Source of the DNA: Candidatus Heimdallarchaeota archaeon
Lineage (GTDB): Archaea; Asgardarchaeota; Heimdallarchaeia; JABLTI01
Reading direction: 5' to 3'
Assembly: GCA_019058275.1 (NCBI GenBank)
Contig: JAHLVW010000053.1
Span: forward strand, 33,361-97,360
Length of the DNA: 64,000 nt
The translations under genes were made by a program, and so were the position numbers. A model generated the notes under the pieces. It was not told where the DNA came from, ran no database searches, and was given only the letters and a program-made list of their open reading frames with translations. Position 1 is the first letter of the stretch; each line of letters begins with the position of its first letter. Positions 1-11,111 of the stretch are shown here, in pieces.

Positions 1-1
1 A

Positions 2-841
2 ACAATTCAAAGAGGAGATCGTTATTCTACAATCATTCCAACTGCTTCAGCATACACTTCATGGTATGATTTAGTTGGATTACAGGTTGGAATTAAATGG
101 GGAACCGGTGCAGAACAAGTTTGTGCAAGATACTTCGATACCGTTTCAGATCTCGATTTTGATAATTTCACTTGGATACCATTAGAAGTTACTCAGATGG
201 TTGCTTCCTTAGAAGCAGATGATATTCAAGCATTCACTGCTTGGGAACACACACCATCTGTAGCTGTTGATCAAGGTGTTGGTAAAGTGATGATGAATTA
301 TGGTGCTTATGCTATGACACCAGCTTCACTACACACAACAACTGATTTTGCTTATGCAAACCCACAATCAATTATTGCTTTCTTAGCAGGTCATCTTGAC
401 AAATTTGATCTAATAACAGAAGACAAAAATGGTGCTGCCAATGTTGCATCTGACGCTGCAGAAGAAATTGGTGTTGCCATCTCTGCTGGTGCATTTGAAT
501 TGATATTTGACAAGATTAATTTCCAAATTGATTTCAATGAAACAGTCATAGATGCTATAGAAGACACTGCAAACTTCCTCTTATCCAAAGAGAAAATCTC
601 TGAAGTACCAGACTTAGTTTGGGATGCTCGATTCATTGATGCAGCAAAAGAATTGCAAGAAGACTTTGGAATACCAGCAACCGGAACCTCAGTTGATTCA
701 TATGGACAAGCTTTAATCAAAGTAACTGAGAAATACTTCGGATTAATGTCTGATAAAACAATATTAATGGGCTTCTTTGCATGCACATTTGGTATCGGTG
801 CAATAATAACAAGAACAACATTAAGAAAAAGAAAAGAATAA
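2..841 (+). CDS. NitT/TauT-family ABC substrate-binding protein, 5' truncated by window edge, with C-terminal membrane anchor
   Basis: Frame is open from position 2; AFTAWEHTPS motif; hydrophobic C-terminus plus RKRKE; directly upstream of permeases and ATPase. Confidence 0.75.
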   Translation, partial: TIQRGDRYSTIIPTASAYTSWYDLVGLQVGIKWGTGAEQVCARYFDTVSDLDFDNFTWIPLEVTQMVASLEADDIQAFTAWEHTPSVAVDQGVGKVMMNYGAYAMTPASLHTTTDFAYANPQSIIAFLAGHLDKFDLITEDKNGAANVASDAAEEIGVAISAGAFELIFDKINFQIDFNETVIDAIEDTANFLLSKEKISEVPDLVWDARFIDAAKELQEDFGIPATGTSVDSYGQALIKVTEKYFGLMSDKTILMGFFACTFGIGAIITRTTLRKRKE

Positions 842-935
842 AGCTTCGAGCTTTTTCTTTTTCATTTTTTAATGCAATTCTTAAGAAGTATAATTTCGAT
901 ACAATTTTATTCCTTCCTAAAGGTGCTAGATTGAA

Positions 936-1928
936 GTGGCAGATAAAAATTCCATTAAAAATGAAACTAGTTTAGAATTTGATTCTGATACTAGTAAATC
1001 AAAACGTAAAGAAAGTTTTTGGATTAGATTAGACACTTTATGGAGGAATCTTAACAAAGACATAAAGTCTGTAATTTATACTATTTTATCAATAGTTATT
1101 TTCTTATCAGTATGGGAAATTCTTTGTGTAACTAATATTTTAAGAGAGCCACAAATCTTTCGACCAACTGATATTTTTGCTGAACTCTGGGTTTTACTAA
1201 CAACAAATAGTGCAGCATTTGGTAATCTAGGTCTCCATTTACTAGCTAGTTTTACAAGAATGTTAATAGCATTTCTTATTGCTGTTATTCTTGGTTTAGG
1301 CATTGGGTTATTGATGGGCTGGAGTAAAAGAGTTTACGAATTTTTAGATCCAGTTGTAACATTCTTGATGCCGATACCGGGTATAGCATGGGCACCATTA
1401 ATCTTAATTTGGATAGGATTTGAACCTTTATTTTCCAGATGGGGATGGGTTACAAGTTCTGGTTGGTGGTGGGATTATGGTTTGGGAAATCCAGTTTTGA
1501 TCTTAATAGGGATTATAGCAGGTATTTTTCCAATTATACAAAATATTAGCATGGCAATTCGTGCAACTGATAAGAAATTAATTTGGGCTGCAAGAACTAT
1601 GGGAGCAACTGAACAAATGGTTTTCAGGAAAGTTTTGTTCCCAAATTCTTTGCCATATCTCTTTACAGGTTTAAAATTAGGTTTAGCAAGATGCTGGAGA
1701 ACGATAATAGCTACTGAATTTTTATCTGCAGCAGCTGTAGGATTAGGTTGGTTCATAATTGGCTTAAGTAAAACATTAGAGACTAGAGAAACTAAGCTGT
1801 ATGTCTATGCAGGTATATTCGTCTTATCAATTGTGTTTTACTTAATTGAACAGGGTATTAAACAGATTGAGAGACAAACAATCGAAAAATGGGGGATGGT
1901 TCGCAAAACAGAAGGAGGATTTGAATAA
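936..1928 (+). CDS. NitT/TauT ABC transporter permease
   Basis: Multiple TM helices, PIPGIAWAP, EAA-like loop LIWAARTMGA. Confidence 0.9.
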   Translation: MADKNSIKNETSLEFDSDTSKSKRKESFWIRLDTLWRNLNKDIKSVIYTILSIVIFLSVWEILCVTNILREPQIFRPTDIFAELWVLLTTNSAAFGNLGLHLLASFTRMLIAFLIAVILGLGIGLLMGWSKRVYEFLDPVVTFLMPIPGIAWAPLILIWIGFEPLFSRWGWVTSSGWWWDYGLGNPVLILIGIIAGIFPIIQNISMAIRATDKKLIWAARTMGATEQMVFRKVLFPNSLPYLFTGLKLGLARCWRTIIATEFLSAAAVGLGWFIIGLSKTLETRETKLYVYAGIFVLSIVFYLIEQGIKQIERQTIEKWGMVRKTEGGFE

Positions 1929-2858
1929 ATGAAAAAGGATTCAAACATAGAAAATACTGAAGAACCATCAAAAGAGGTTATTAAAGATACAAGTGCTAAT
2001 GGCGACGGTTCTAGATTACTAGATAAATTAAATGATGCGCCAAAGTATTTTCTAAATGTTGGTAAAACATTATTACCCTTTTTAGTCATCTTTGCTCTTC
2101 TTGAAGTTTTATTATTAATTCTTCATGCAACAATCCCAGACTTAAGTCATAATCTCTATCCAATACCTCATGATATAATTATCTACACCTGGAAAGCTTT
2201 CTTCCCAGGTAAAGATTCTGCAGCTACATCTGTATTTATACAAATTAGCTGGAGTTTTGCTAGAGTACTTCTAGGATTTGTTATTGGGACATTAGGTGGT
2301 TTAATTATCGGAATATTGATGAGTTTAAGTAAATGGCTCTATCGATTACTAAATCCAATATTTAGCTTATCTATTTCCATTCCCACTCTTGCATGGGTCC
2401 CAATATTGTTAATCATATTCGGTTTAAATGCCAGAACAATCATTGTTACAATTGTATTAAGTTGCTTCTTCCCAATTGTTTACAGTACAACAAACGGTAT
2501 TAGAAGCATTGATAAGAATTTAATTTGGGCAGCACGAATTATGGGTGCAAGTAATTTGGAAATATTCTTTGATGTGCTTTTACCCGGATCATTAGTTTCA
2601 GTTATTACAGGATTAAGATTAGCGATAGGCTATTCTTGGAGAGCAATTGTTGGTGCAGAAATGTTAGTTGCATTAACAGATAACATTGGTATAGGTTATT
2701 ATATTGTTGGTGGACAAATAGCAAATCAAATACCACAAGTAATAATTGGTGTTTTCTTGATTGCTTTAGGTGGTTTGCTTTTAGATACTGCGTTAATGAG
2801 ACCACTCGAATTGGTAACAATAAGGCGTTGGGGAATGATAGAAAAAACAAAACAATAA
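1929..2858 (+). CDS. NitT/TauT ABC transporter permease (second)
   Basis: SIPTLAWVP, LIWAARIMGA, WRAIVGAEM; abuts previous gene. Confidence 0.9.
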   Translation: MKKDSNIENTEEPSKEVIKDTSANGDGSRLLDKLNDAPKYFLNVGKTLLPFLVIFALLEVLLLILHATIPDLSHNLYPIPHDIIIYTWKAFFPGKDSAATSVFIQISWSFARVLLGFVIGTLGGLIIGILMSLSKWLYRLLNPIFSLSISIPTLAWVPILLIIFGLNARTIIVTIVLSCFFPIVYSTTNGIRSIDKNLIWAARIMGASNLEIFFDVLLPGSLVSVITGLRLAIGYSWRAIVGAEMLVALTDNIGIGYYIVGGQIANQIPQVIIGVFLIALGGLLLDTALMRPLELVTIRRWGMIEKTKQ

Positions 2859-2870
2859 AGGTGTTAGAAA

Positions 2871-3701
2871 ATGGCAAAATATGATGATAGGAAAACAAAA
2901 ATTCAAGCAACAAAACTAAGAAAAGTATTCAAAGAAAGACAGCATGAAGTTGTTGCAGTTGAAGATTTACACATTGATATTAAAGAGGGGGAATTTTCAG
3001 TTATTGTAGGACCAAGTGGATGTGGGAAATCAACTTTCCTTTATATGATAGCTGGATTTGAAAAAGTTACAGAGGGAGAATTGTTGCTTGATGGAGAGCC
3101 AGTGTTAAAACCTGGTAGAAACAGAGGATTTGTTTTCCAAGAATTTGCTTTATATCCATGGAAGACTGTAAAAGGTAATATCCGAATGCCATTAGAAATT
3201 GGTGGTGATATAAGTGAAGAGAAAATGGATGCCAAAGTTCAAGATTACATCAATCTAGTAGGATTAGAAGGATTTGAAAATGCTTATCCTCATACCTTAT
3301 CAGGTGGTATGAAACAAAGAGTTGGTTTAGCGCGTGCATTAGTTTATGATCCTGATATTTTGCTTCTTGATGAACCTTTTGGATCTTTGGATGCTCAAAC
3401 AAGAAAGATTATGCAGCAAGAATTAACTAGGATTTGGCAAGAAGTGACTTCTCATAGTGAAAAGAAGACTGTTGTTTTCATTACTCACTCTGTTATTGAA
3501 GCAGTTTATCTTGCAGATAGGGTCTTTGTTATGAGTGCAAGACCTGGACATATTAAGGCAGTAATTGATGTAACTATTCCAAGACCTAGGTCTTATACTG
3601 GAGATGAGTTCATACAAATTAGGCTAGAAGTTCTTAATCATCTCGAGGAAGAAGTACTAAAAGCAGCTGAAATGAATAAAGGAGAATTATCTGCAAAGTA
3701 A
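2871..3701 (+). CDS. NitT/TauT ABC transporter ATP-binding protein
   Basis: Walker A GPSGCGKST, signature LSGGMKQR, Walker B LLLDEPF, H-loop ITHS. Confidence 0.95.
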   Translation: MAKYDDRKTKIQATKLRKVFKERQHEVVAVEDLHIDIKEGEFSVIVGPSGCGKSTFLYMIAGFEKVTEGELLLDGEPVLKPGRNRGFVFQEFALYPWKTVKGNIRMPLEIGGDISEEKMDAKVQDYINLVGLEGFENAYPHTLSGGMKQRVGLARALVYDPDILLLDEPFGSLDAQTRKIMQQELTRIWQEVTSHSEKKTVVFITHSVIEAVYLADRVFVMSARPGHIKAVIDVTIPRPRSYTGDEFIQIRLEVLNHLEEEVLKAAEMNKGELSAK

Positions 3702-3714
3702 AAGCCTATTTTGG

Positions 3715-4308
3715 TTATATCTTTGGTTGAGCCTTTTTCAAGGCATTAACTAAAGATTCTTTACTAAAAGCTATACCTATCACAGGAATTTCTAAAATTC
3801 TTTTCAAGGTGTTAGCAGCTACTGGACCACAAACAATTGCGTCCACACCGTCTCTGACTGCTCTAACACCAAGTATAATTCCTTCTTCAATAGTATTGGC
3901 TAAATATTCTCTTATTCTAATTGTTTCACCATCAATTTCTATAACATTGCCAAATTCATCAAGAACATCTCTGGAGGTAATTAATCCAATAACCTTTCCC
4001 TGAAGTTGCTCTTTTTTCTCCTCTTCTCTTACAAAAGTAATCAGTTTCTTAAAGGTTGATAACCGAGTATCAGCTTCAGCTGAACTCAATTTATACATAG
4101 TGCTTATCGGAATATTGGCTTTTTCAGCTAATTCCTTCAATGTTAGATTTAATTCTTGGGAGACACTTTTTAATATTTCAGCAAAAAGGGTAGTATCATC
4201 TACAATTGCGTATAATAATTGCTTCCACAAAGGTAAAGCTGAATCTGAATAAAGATTTGACACATTAATTCTTCCAGAGTTTTCTATCTTCCTTTTGATT
4301 AAATACAA
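3715..4308 (-). CDS. XRE-type HTH transcriptional regulator with C-terminal ligand-binding (PrpR-N-like) domain
   Basis: LTLKELAEKANIPISTMYKL HTH; DGVDAIVCGPVAA...EIPVIGI C-domain; real start may be the GTG at about 4263. Confidence 0.75.
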   Translation of the reverse strand: MYLIKRKIENSGRINVSNLYSDSALPLWKQLLYAIVDDTTLFAEILKSVSQELNLTLKELAEKANIPISTMYKLSSAEADTRLSTFKKLITFVREEEKKEQLQGKVIGLITSRDVLDEFGNVIEIDGETIRIREYLANTIEEGIILGVRAVRDGVDAIVCGPVAANTLKRILEIPVIGIAFSKESLVNALKKAQPKI

Positions 4309-4310
4309 CT

Positions 4311-4335
4311 CTATATAATTTTTGTATAGATTCCT
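4311..4335 (-). promoter_or_regulatory. Promoter/operator motif of the HTH regulator, shared with both DUF2229 operons
   Basis: Minus strand AGGAATCTAT-N4-AAATTATATAG; 19/21 match to the cores at 11073 and 14773. Confidence 0.45.
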
Positions 4336-4413
4336 ATAATTAGACTTAAATAAAAAATCATAGTGATTTCATAAAGGGAACATATTTATTAACAGTTCAG
4401 AGAAGATTTAACA

Positions 4414-5277
4414 ATGAGCAAAAAAAAAGTCGTCGTAGTAATTTCTGCGAGAAATGAAGAGAATTTTATTTCTAAAACAATTGATAGTTTACTTGCTCAA
4501 GATTTACCACCTGAATTAATTGTAGTTGTTGATGACGGTAGCACAGATAATACAGCTAATATAGTTAGAAAATATGAGAAAAAAGGAGTAGTTTTAATCA
4601 TGAGGGAAGATCGTATAGGTGATCCCAGTCTTTTAGGAACACCAATGATGGCTATTCCATTCTATATAGCATTTAAGTATATTGAGAATTCAAATACAGA
4701 TTTTGATTATATTATGATTTCTGGGGCAGATTGTGTTTATCAAACTAATTATATTGAAAAGCTTACAAAAAGATTGGATGAAAAGCTAAAATTGGTTATT
4801 GTTTCAGGATTTCAACATGGTGAGAGTTTGAATAGAGATCATGCTCGTGGAGCTGGAAGGATTATTAAGAAAAGTTTCTGGCAAATTTATGGTTCAAAAT
4901 ATCCGTATCCTTCTTATTTGTGGGAAAGTGGAATTATATTCACTGCACAAATGCATGGTTTGCAAGTCAGAGGTTATCGGGATGTATTCTTTACTTCTCA
5001 AAGAATAAGTGGAACAAATATTAACATGATTAGATATGGTCGAATGTTAAGAGCAATCAAATACCCATTTTTAATTGTAATAGGACGAGCTGTAAGAATT
5101 ATTAAGAAGACAGGAATAAAATCAGCAATTGACTTGCTTGCAGGATATTGTCTGAAACCCATACAGTCTTTTAAAGTAGACAGAAAAATTAGTGAATTTA
5201 TTTCAAAGCATTATCTAATACAAAAAATACGTAATTTTTTTCTAAGATATGATAAGAATAATTTAAAGAGCATTTAA
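4414..5277 (+). CDS. Glycosyltransferase family 2
   Basis: VVISARNEE, VVVDDGSTD, GAD motif. Confidence 0.9.
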   Translation: MSKKKVVVVISARNEENFISKTIDSLLAQDLPPELIVVVDDGSTDNTANIVRKYEKKGVVLIMREDRIGDPSLLGTPMMAIPFYIAFKYIENSNTDFDYIMISGADCVYQTNYIEKLTKRLDEKLKLVIVSGFQHGESLNRDHARGAGRIIKKSFWQIYGSKYPYPSYLWESGIIFTAQMHGLQVRGYRDVFFTSQRISGTNINMIRYGRMLRAIKYPFLIVIGRAVRIIKKTGIKSAIDLLAGYCLKPIQSFKVDRKISEFISKHYLIQKIRNFFLRYDKNNLKSI

Positions 5278-5283
5278 ACCCTA

Positions 5284-6426
5284 GTGAACAAAATGAATAG
5301 AGTACTCCTAGTAACCCACAGTTTAACTCCTGATAAACGAATTGATCAAGAGGCAATGTCATTAGTGGAAGCTGGGTATGAAGTCTATTTGATTTGTAGA
5401 GGTAAAAAGAAAGATAAAATTCCTGAATTTTACAAAGAAATTTTCCTTGTTCATCTTACAAGAAAACAAATGGCTTATTTTCCAGGTGCTGTAAGAAAAG
5501 CACGAATGAAATACACAGAGTTAATAGAGAATGTCAAACCGGACATAATTCATGCAAATGATCTTCCAGCAGCAAACATTGTAAGAAAGATCATACCGAA
5601 AGGTGTGAAGTTTATTTATGATGACCATGAAGTATGGGAATTATATTATAAGCTATATGCTGAACGAACTGCTGATTGGTTTAAAAAAATTCAAAGAAAA
5701 TATTTGCAATTAATAGCAAAATATCTTTCTAGAAAAGTAATGAAACAAGCAGATTTAGTAATTTTTGTGAATGAATATTGGGTTAAATTTTATAAGAAAA
5801 AAGGCATAAATCCTAATAAAATTATTTTTATTGAAAATTTTCCCATGAAGAAGGATATTGATACTGCTCTTAGTACTAACATTGACTTAGATGAATTCTT
5901 TAAGAAAGATCCCCGTAAGAAAATTGTTACAGCCTCTAAATTTGCTAAATTATCCGAGGGAACATTGAGAAACATTGACAATATCGCAAAAGCGGTCAAT
6001 GAGCTTGATGATTGGGTTATTGTCAATTTTGGTGTTTCTGATGAAAAATATAAGAAGTTGGGTGTAGTTTCTGTTGGATTCAAACCCAGATTTGAGTTCA
6101 TTGCTAGTTGTAGTAAATGTGACATAATTCTTAATCCTCTAATTTTAGATGAGCTTATGCACCATAGCTCACCAAACAGACTTTTTGAAGCAGCTTTGTT
6201 AGGTGTAAGGATTATTTCATCAAAAGTGAAAACCTTAGTGGATAAATTTGATGATTTACTAATCTGGGTTAATTCTGATACACCAAAAGAAGATGTAAAG
6301 AAAATTTTGAAGAATGTAGATGAATATCCTTCTGGAGAAGAAATCCGAAAAGTAGCTCAGATATTTACTTGGGAAAATGAAGGAAAGAAACTGATTGCAA
6401 AGTATAATGAATTAAGCACTAACTGA
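5284..6426 (+). CDS. Glycosyltransferase family 4 (GT-B)
   Basis: DKRIDQEA, PDIIHAND, IYDDHE, SPNRLFE, FTWE. Confidence 0.85.
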   Translation: MNKMNRVLLVTHSLTPDKRIDQEAMSLVEAGYEVYLICRGKKKDKIPEFYKEIFLVHLTRKQMAYFPGAVRKARMKYTELIENVKPDIIHANDLPAANIVRKIIPKGVKFIYDDHEVWELYYKLYAERTADWFKKIQRKYLQLIAKYLSRKVMKQADLVIFVNEYWVKFYKKKGINPNKIIFIENFPMKKDIDTALSTNIDLDEFFKKDPRKKIVTASKFAKLSEGTLRNIDNIAKAVNELDDWVIVNFGVSDEKYKKLGVVSVGFKPRFEFIASCSKCDIILNPLILDELMHHSSPNRLFEAALLGVRIISSKVKTLVDKFDDLLIWVNSDTPKEDVKKILKNVDEYPSGEEIRKVAQIFTWENEGKKLIAKYNELSTN

Positions 6427-6435
6427 ATATCAGGT

Positions 6436-7488
6436 TTACATTGATTCTTCTATTATCTTTACAATTCTTTTACTGGTATCCTCATAACCGTAAAGGTTCT
6501 CATCAAAGTCTATGTCCTTCGTTGTGATTTCTTCAAATCTTTGATGTATAGTATTAGGTTCTGCCAAGAAATTACCACCACTTCTGATAGTTTCAAGCCA
6601 TTCAGTACTATCCCTTACAGTAATACAAGGTGTTTGATTCCAATAAGCTTCTTTTTGAACACCACCAGAATCAGTGATTACAATTTTTGCTTCTCTTAAT
6701 AATTTTGTAAACTGAAGATAACCTAGAGGTTCAACTACAATCAATTTTTCTTTTACTTTATCAAATAAATCAAGTTCAATCAATTTACTTTTCGTTCGAG
6801 GATGAATAGGTAAGATTATCGGTTTTTTAATTTTAAATAAATCTTGAACTATAATGGGTAATCTTTCTTGATTGGTATTTTCAGCTTGGTGAATGGTTAA
6901 AAAGATAAATTCATCGGGCAATTCAAAATCAATTTTAATATTTTCAACTTGCTTTTTCATTTTCATAGCAATTTCAAACATTGTATCCCCTACAGAGTAA
7001 ACATCTGATGTTATACCCTCGTTTTGCAAATTTTCTATTGCCACATTTGTTGGGCAAAATAAAAGATTAGAACAATGATCTGTTAAAATACGGTTGATTT
7101 CTTCAGGCATTCGTTTATCAAAACTTCTTAAACCAGCTTCCAAATGACCTAATTTTACATGGAGTTTTGTTGCTGCTAATGCTCCACCTAAAGTTGAATT
7201 TGTATCACCAGGTACAAGCACTAAATCAGGTTCCTCTTTTAGGATTACATCTTCAACTCGTTTTAATATCTCTCCAGTTTGATAGCCATGTAGACCAGAA
7301 CCAATGTCCAAATTGTAATCAGGCATTTTCTTACTAAGTTCTTGAAAGAATACATCAGACATTTGAATATCATAATGTTGCCCTGTATGAACAAGAATGT
7401 GTTCATGTTTGTTTTCAATAATAGCATCTATAAGAGGAAACATTTTGATGAAATTAGGTCTTGCTCCAACGATTGACAGAATTTTCAA
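6436..7488 (-). CDS. wecB: UDP-N-acetylglucosamine 2-epimerase (non-hydrolysing)
   Basis: GARPNFIK, HTGQHYD, GDTNST, HLEAGLRS, PEEINR, TDSGGVQKEA; has HQAEN instead of usual HRAEN. Confidence 0.93.
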   Translation of the reverse strand: MKILSIVGARPNFIKMFPLIDAIIENKHEHILVHTGQHYDIQMSDVFFQELSKKMPDYNLDIGSGLHGYQTGEILKRVEDVILKEEPDLVLVPGDTNSTLGGALAATKLHVKLGHLEAGLRSFDKRMPEEINRILTDHCSNLLFCPTNVAIENLQNEGITSDVYSVGDTMFEIAMKMKKQVENIKIDFELPDEFIFLTIHQAENTNQERLPIIVQDLFKIKKPIILPIHPRTKSKLIELDLFDKVKEKLIVVEPLGYLQFTKLLREAKIVITDSGGVQKEAYWNQTPCITVRDSTEWLETIRSGGNFLAEPNTIHQRFEEITTKDIDFDENLYGYEDTSKRIVKIIEESM

Positions 7489-7724
7489 AGTGAATTACCA
7501 CATTATAGTTTTAATGAATATTATCAATTTAACATTTCGATTTCTAAAAGAGTTAATAATTCTTTCTGAGCGATTTTGATTGCTCTATTACTCATAAACA
7601 ATGTAAATATTTATCTAAATGCTAGTGAATAAAAACGATTATTTTGTTAGCTAACTATTGAAGAAAAGCTAAAATGGCAAATAAAATTTATACTTAATAA
7701 AGACAACAATACTGATGTGAAATA

Positions 7725-8069
7725 ATGGGTAAAATTCTAATGCTAAAACACAGCGATCTACCAGATAATAGAGCAGATCGAGAAGCTGTAGCATTAAAAA
7801 AAGCAGAGCACAATGTCTTTATGATTTGCACAGGGGTAAAGAACAAAGATTCTGATGACATTTACGAAAAGATTTTCTTTGTGGATAGGAATGGCAAAGT
7901 AAAATTTTATCTGCGTAAAGAAGTGAAAAAAGTAGCACAAAAATACCAACAAGTGATTGATGAAATAAAACCAGATATTGTTCATGCTCACGATATTGTT
8001 ACAGCAAATGTTGTTAGATATTTAGATAAGAAAAATTGGTTTTTTGTCTATGACAATCATGAAGTTTAG
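7725..8069 (+). pseudogene. Truncated paralog of the GT4 at 5284 (N-terminal third only)
   Basis: KPDIVHAHD..YDNHEV*ELY versus KPDIIHAND..YDDHEVWELY; TGG>TAG, and homology ends soon after. Confidence 0.85.
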
Positions 8070-8157
8070 GAATTATACAAAAAAGGGGATTTGAAAGAAT
8101 TAAGTTTAAGATTAAATTTTTAAACAAGTAGTTCAGTTTAAAGTTGGAAAAATTGTT

Positions 8158-9363
8158 GTGAACAATATGGCAGTTTTAATAACAGATGGAGCTTACAAAA
8201 ATGCTTTAGCTATTCTTAGAGCTTTAGCAACAAATGATGTAGAGGTTTACTGCTCAAGTACGAAAAAAAAGTCTGTCAGTTTTTATTCTAAATACTGTAA
8301 GAAGCACTTTATTTATTCAAATCCTGCTTCTCAACCTGAGAAATTTAAGAAAGAAATGTTGTCCATTGTTAAAAACTATGATATTGATGTTTTAATACCA
8401 GTAGGTGTATCTACAACTGCATTGATTTCTCAGCAAAAATCTGATTTAGAGAAATATACTCGTGTACCAGTTGCTGACTACCAAGACTTTGCTAAAGCGC
8501 ATGATAAGCAAATTGCTAACGATATTGCTCGAGACAATAAGGTTCCAGTACCATTAACATATACTCCTACAACCGAGTCAGAGCTAAAAAAACATCTGAA
8601 AGAACTTGGTTTACCAGTTATGTTAAAAGCACGAAAAGGAAGCGGAATTTTTAGCTTAGCAAGAACTAAATCTGAAGCATTTAAAATTTGGAGAAATTAC
8701 GAGAAGAAATCTAAAGAAACGAAAAGCATTGGGATAACAGATTATTTACCAGTTATTCAAGAATACTTGTCAGGAGAGATAATAGATGTCTTATTTGTCT
8801 TCAATAAAGGTCAACTTAGAGGATTATTAACACAAAGACGATTTTTGACCTTACCTCCAGAAGGTGGAGTAGGAGCACTAAATATTACAGTAAATGATCC
8901 TCAAACTGCTCGACATGCAGCTAATCTAATGAAAGCATTAAATTGGCACGGAGTAGGTATGGCAGAATTTAAACGAGATGTTAATGGTGTTCCAAAATTA
9001 ATAGAAATTAATCCAAAGTTTTGGGGAACAAGTGAAGTATCAATAGCTGCAGAAATGAATTTCCCATATATGCTTTACAAGATAGCCATGGATGGTGATA
9101 TAAAACCAAAATTCAGTTTCTTGTATCCAAAGAGATTTGGTTGGCCAGTTCCAATGGGTGTGAAACAAATAATTGAATCTGATACACCAATTGAATCATT
9201 AAAAGAATATTTGAAGCTTTTTACAGAAGCAAATAGTCATGACATCAGATTGTTGTCAGATCCAAAACCATTTTCATTTCAACTTTATCAAACAGCAAAA
9301 GTGATTTTGAATAAAATACTTCAAAGCAGATCAAAGAGGATTGATTTAGACAGCTTCCGTTAA
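8158..9363 (+). CDS. ATP-grasp carboxylate-amine ligase (polysaccharide-cluster type)
   Basis: PVMLKARKGSG, VIQEYL, GMAEFK, LIEINPKFWG. Confidence 0.85.
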   Translation: MNNMAVLITDGAYKNALAILRALATNDVEVYCSSTKKKSVSFYSKYCKKHFIYSNPASQPEKFKKEMLSIVKNYDIDVLIPVGVSTTALISQQKSDLEKYTRVPVADYQDFAKAHDKQIANDIARDNKVPVPLTYTPTTESELKKHLKELGLPVMLKARKGSGIFSLARTKSEAFKIWRNYEKKSKETKSIGITDYLPVIQEYLSGEIIDVLFVFNKGQLRGLLTQRRFLTLPPEGGVGALNITVNDPQTARHAANLMKALNWHGVGMAEFKRDVNGVPKLIEINPKFWGTSEVSIAAEMNFPYMLYKIAMDGDIKPKFSFLYPKRFGWPVPMGVKQIIESDTPIESLKEYLKLFTEANSHDIRLLSDPKPFSFQLYQTAKVILNKILQSRSKRIDLDSFR

Positions 9364-10778
9364 TTTTGCTCTTCTTTTATTTTACAATAGCCCAAAATCT
9401 TCTTGTAAATTGAACGCCAAGGATATTGAAATTGTTCAAATGAATGATTATGAACTAGAAATACAAATGTACCTTTATAGAAAGAAATTACATCTATTTG
9501 TTTCTTGATAGCATCTAAAACTTTCTGAGGTTTATCCAATTCAGGATAATTATCGATTATTGTCATATCCATTATTATGAGTGGGTACTCTTTTATGTTT
9601 AATTTTCTGTTTTCCAAGATATCAAAGAAATAGTAAGGATAACAAGTACCAGCTCTATAACCATAGCATTTTGAGTAACCTAAAGAAGAATCATGGACCA
9701 AATTTGCTTTCTCATAATTCCTGAGTGATTCAGGTACTTTAATTCTTAAGTAATGGTTTCTAACCCCAAAGTTTTCTGAATCTATAATATCTTTTAGGAT
9801 GTTTTTCTCTTTGAGTAGTTGATCAAAATCTAAATATGAGCTGTAGGAAGAATGAAGACCAACCTTGTGACCTTTCTCAATTATTTTCTTAATAATTCCT
9901 CTAACCTTAGCTGAATAAGGATCATATCTATTATCTAACTTTGATGTACCATTAAGAAGAAAATAGAAAGTTGATTGAAAACCATATTTCTCAGATGTGA
10001 ATAGAATATAGTTGAATGTGTTTTTACGTAATGTAAAAATCCAAGCGAAATTTCGCCATAATTCACTAAGAAAACCTCTAAGTGATTTTTTTCTGACAAT
10101 CTGACTGATAATAGATCTAACCCGTTTCTTAAAAGTACCCAGCTTTAAATCATCGATGTCATGAGTTAGAAATAGTTGAAAATTCATTTCCTTTCTTTTT
10201 AATACTGGTTGCAGTTTCTTCAGTAAAAACCATAACAATTCAACATACTCATTAACTATTGGTCTCTCAAGATAATTCTCGATATAAGCTAAGCTCTTTT
10301 TACAAGGGAAATTAGCATCTTCATCAGTTATTTGATTGACAATTTCTTCATATCTTGTCAGCATAAAGAATGCTGAAGCAAAGAAATCGACATTTGTAAT
10401 GATTTTTTCTTGTGAATAATCAATGAATGGTTTTTGTGGTTCTTTTTGTTCTCCAGAATAAATAATTGGTAATTCATCAAAATCAATAATATCTAACAAA
10501 TCCTTATTTCGATATTTCTGTAATGGTGAAGGTGGTAAAGAATCCTTTTCCAGATAATTATCAATCCAAATTTTGTTGCTATAAATAATTAAATCAAAAT
10601 CATTCTCGTTTTTTTTGTCAAATCCATAATAAATCTTGATTAAATGTTTAGAATCCTTTTGATAATCATTAATACTAATTAAATCATATTTAAGACCAAG
10701 AAAATCCTCTAGTAGAGTATTAATAACATATTGTACTGAAGGTTGATTAATTTCCGAATCAATAGCAACTAAAATCAT
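9360..10778 (-). CDS. Polysaccharide deacetylase-family protein with N-terminal extension
   Basis: FFMLTRYEE, LTHDID, VGLHSSY, RNHYLR, DSSLGY, GYRAGTCYPY. Confidence 0.85.
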   Translation of the reverse strand: MILVAIDSEINQPSVQYVINTLLEDFLGLKYDLISINDYQKDSKHLIKIYYGFDKKNENDFDLIIYSNKIWIDNYLEKDSLPPSPLQKYRNKDLLDIIDFDELPIIYSGEQKEPQKPFIDYSQEKIITNVDFFASAFFMLTRYEEIVNQITDEDANFPCKKSLAYIENYLERPIVNEYVELLWFLLKKLQPVLKRKEMNFQLFLTHDIDDLKLGTFKKRVRSIISQIVRKKSLRGFLSELWRNFAWIFTLRKNTFNYILFTSEKYGFQSTFYFLLNGTSKLDNRYDPYSAKVRGIIKKIIEKGHKVGLHSSYSSYLDFDQLLKEKNILKDIIDSENFGVRNHYLRIKVPESLRNYEKANLVHDSSLGYSKCYGYRAGTCYPYYFFDILENRKLNIKEYPLIIMDMTIIDNYPELDKPQKVLDAIKKQIDVISFYKGTFVFLVHNHSFEQFQYPWRSIYKKILGYCKIKEEQN

Positions 10779-11071
10779 TTCGAGTAATCCATTATTATTG
10801 TACTATAAATGATATATATCATAAGAAAGTACTATTTATCATTAGCTTTTTCTTTTATCTTTTTTTCTCTTTAGCTTTTATTTGTTTATTTCTAGAAGAA
10901 CGTCTAATTCAATACTAATATCTTCTAATTCTAATTTTTCATGTTGTATTTTAATTCTATCCAACCTATCCTTTTCAGCCATTTTGAAGCTTTTAGCACT
11001 TTTTTTGCCATGTTAGTTTTCTCCAAAATTAAAATATCAGCTTTTAGGTTGTTTTAACTCTATTTCTCTTG

Positions 11072-11111
11072 CAAGAATTTATTGTTAAATTATATAGGGA
11101 TTTCTATTTTA
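11072..11111. repeat. 40-bp conserved upstream element, copy 1
   Basis: 39/40 identical to 14772-14811. Confidence 0.9.
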
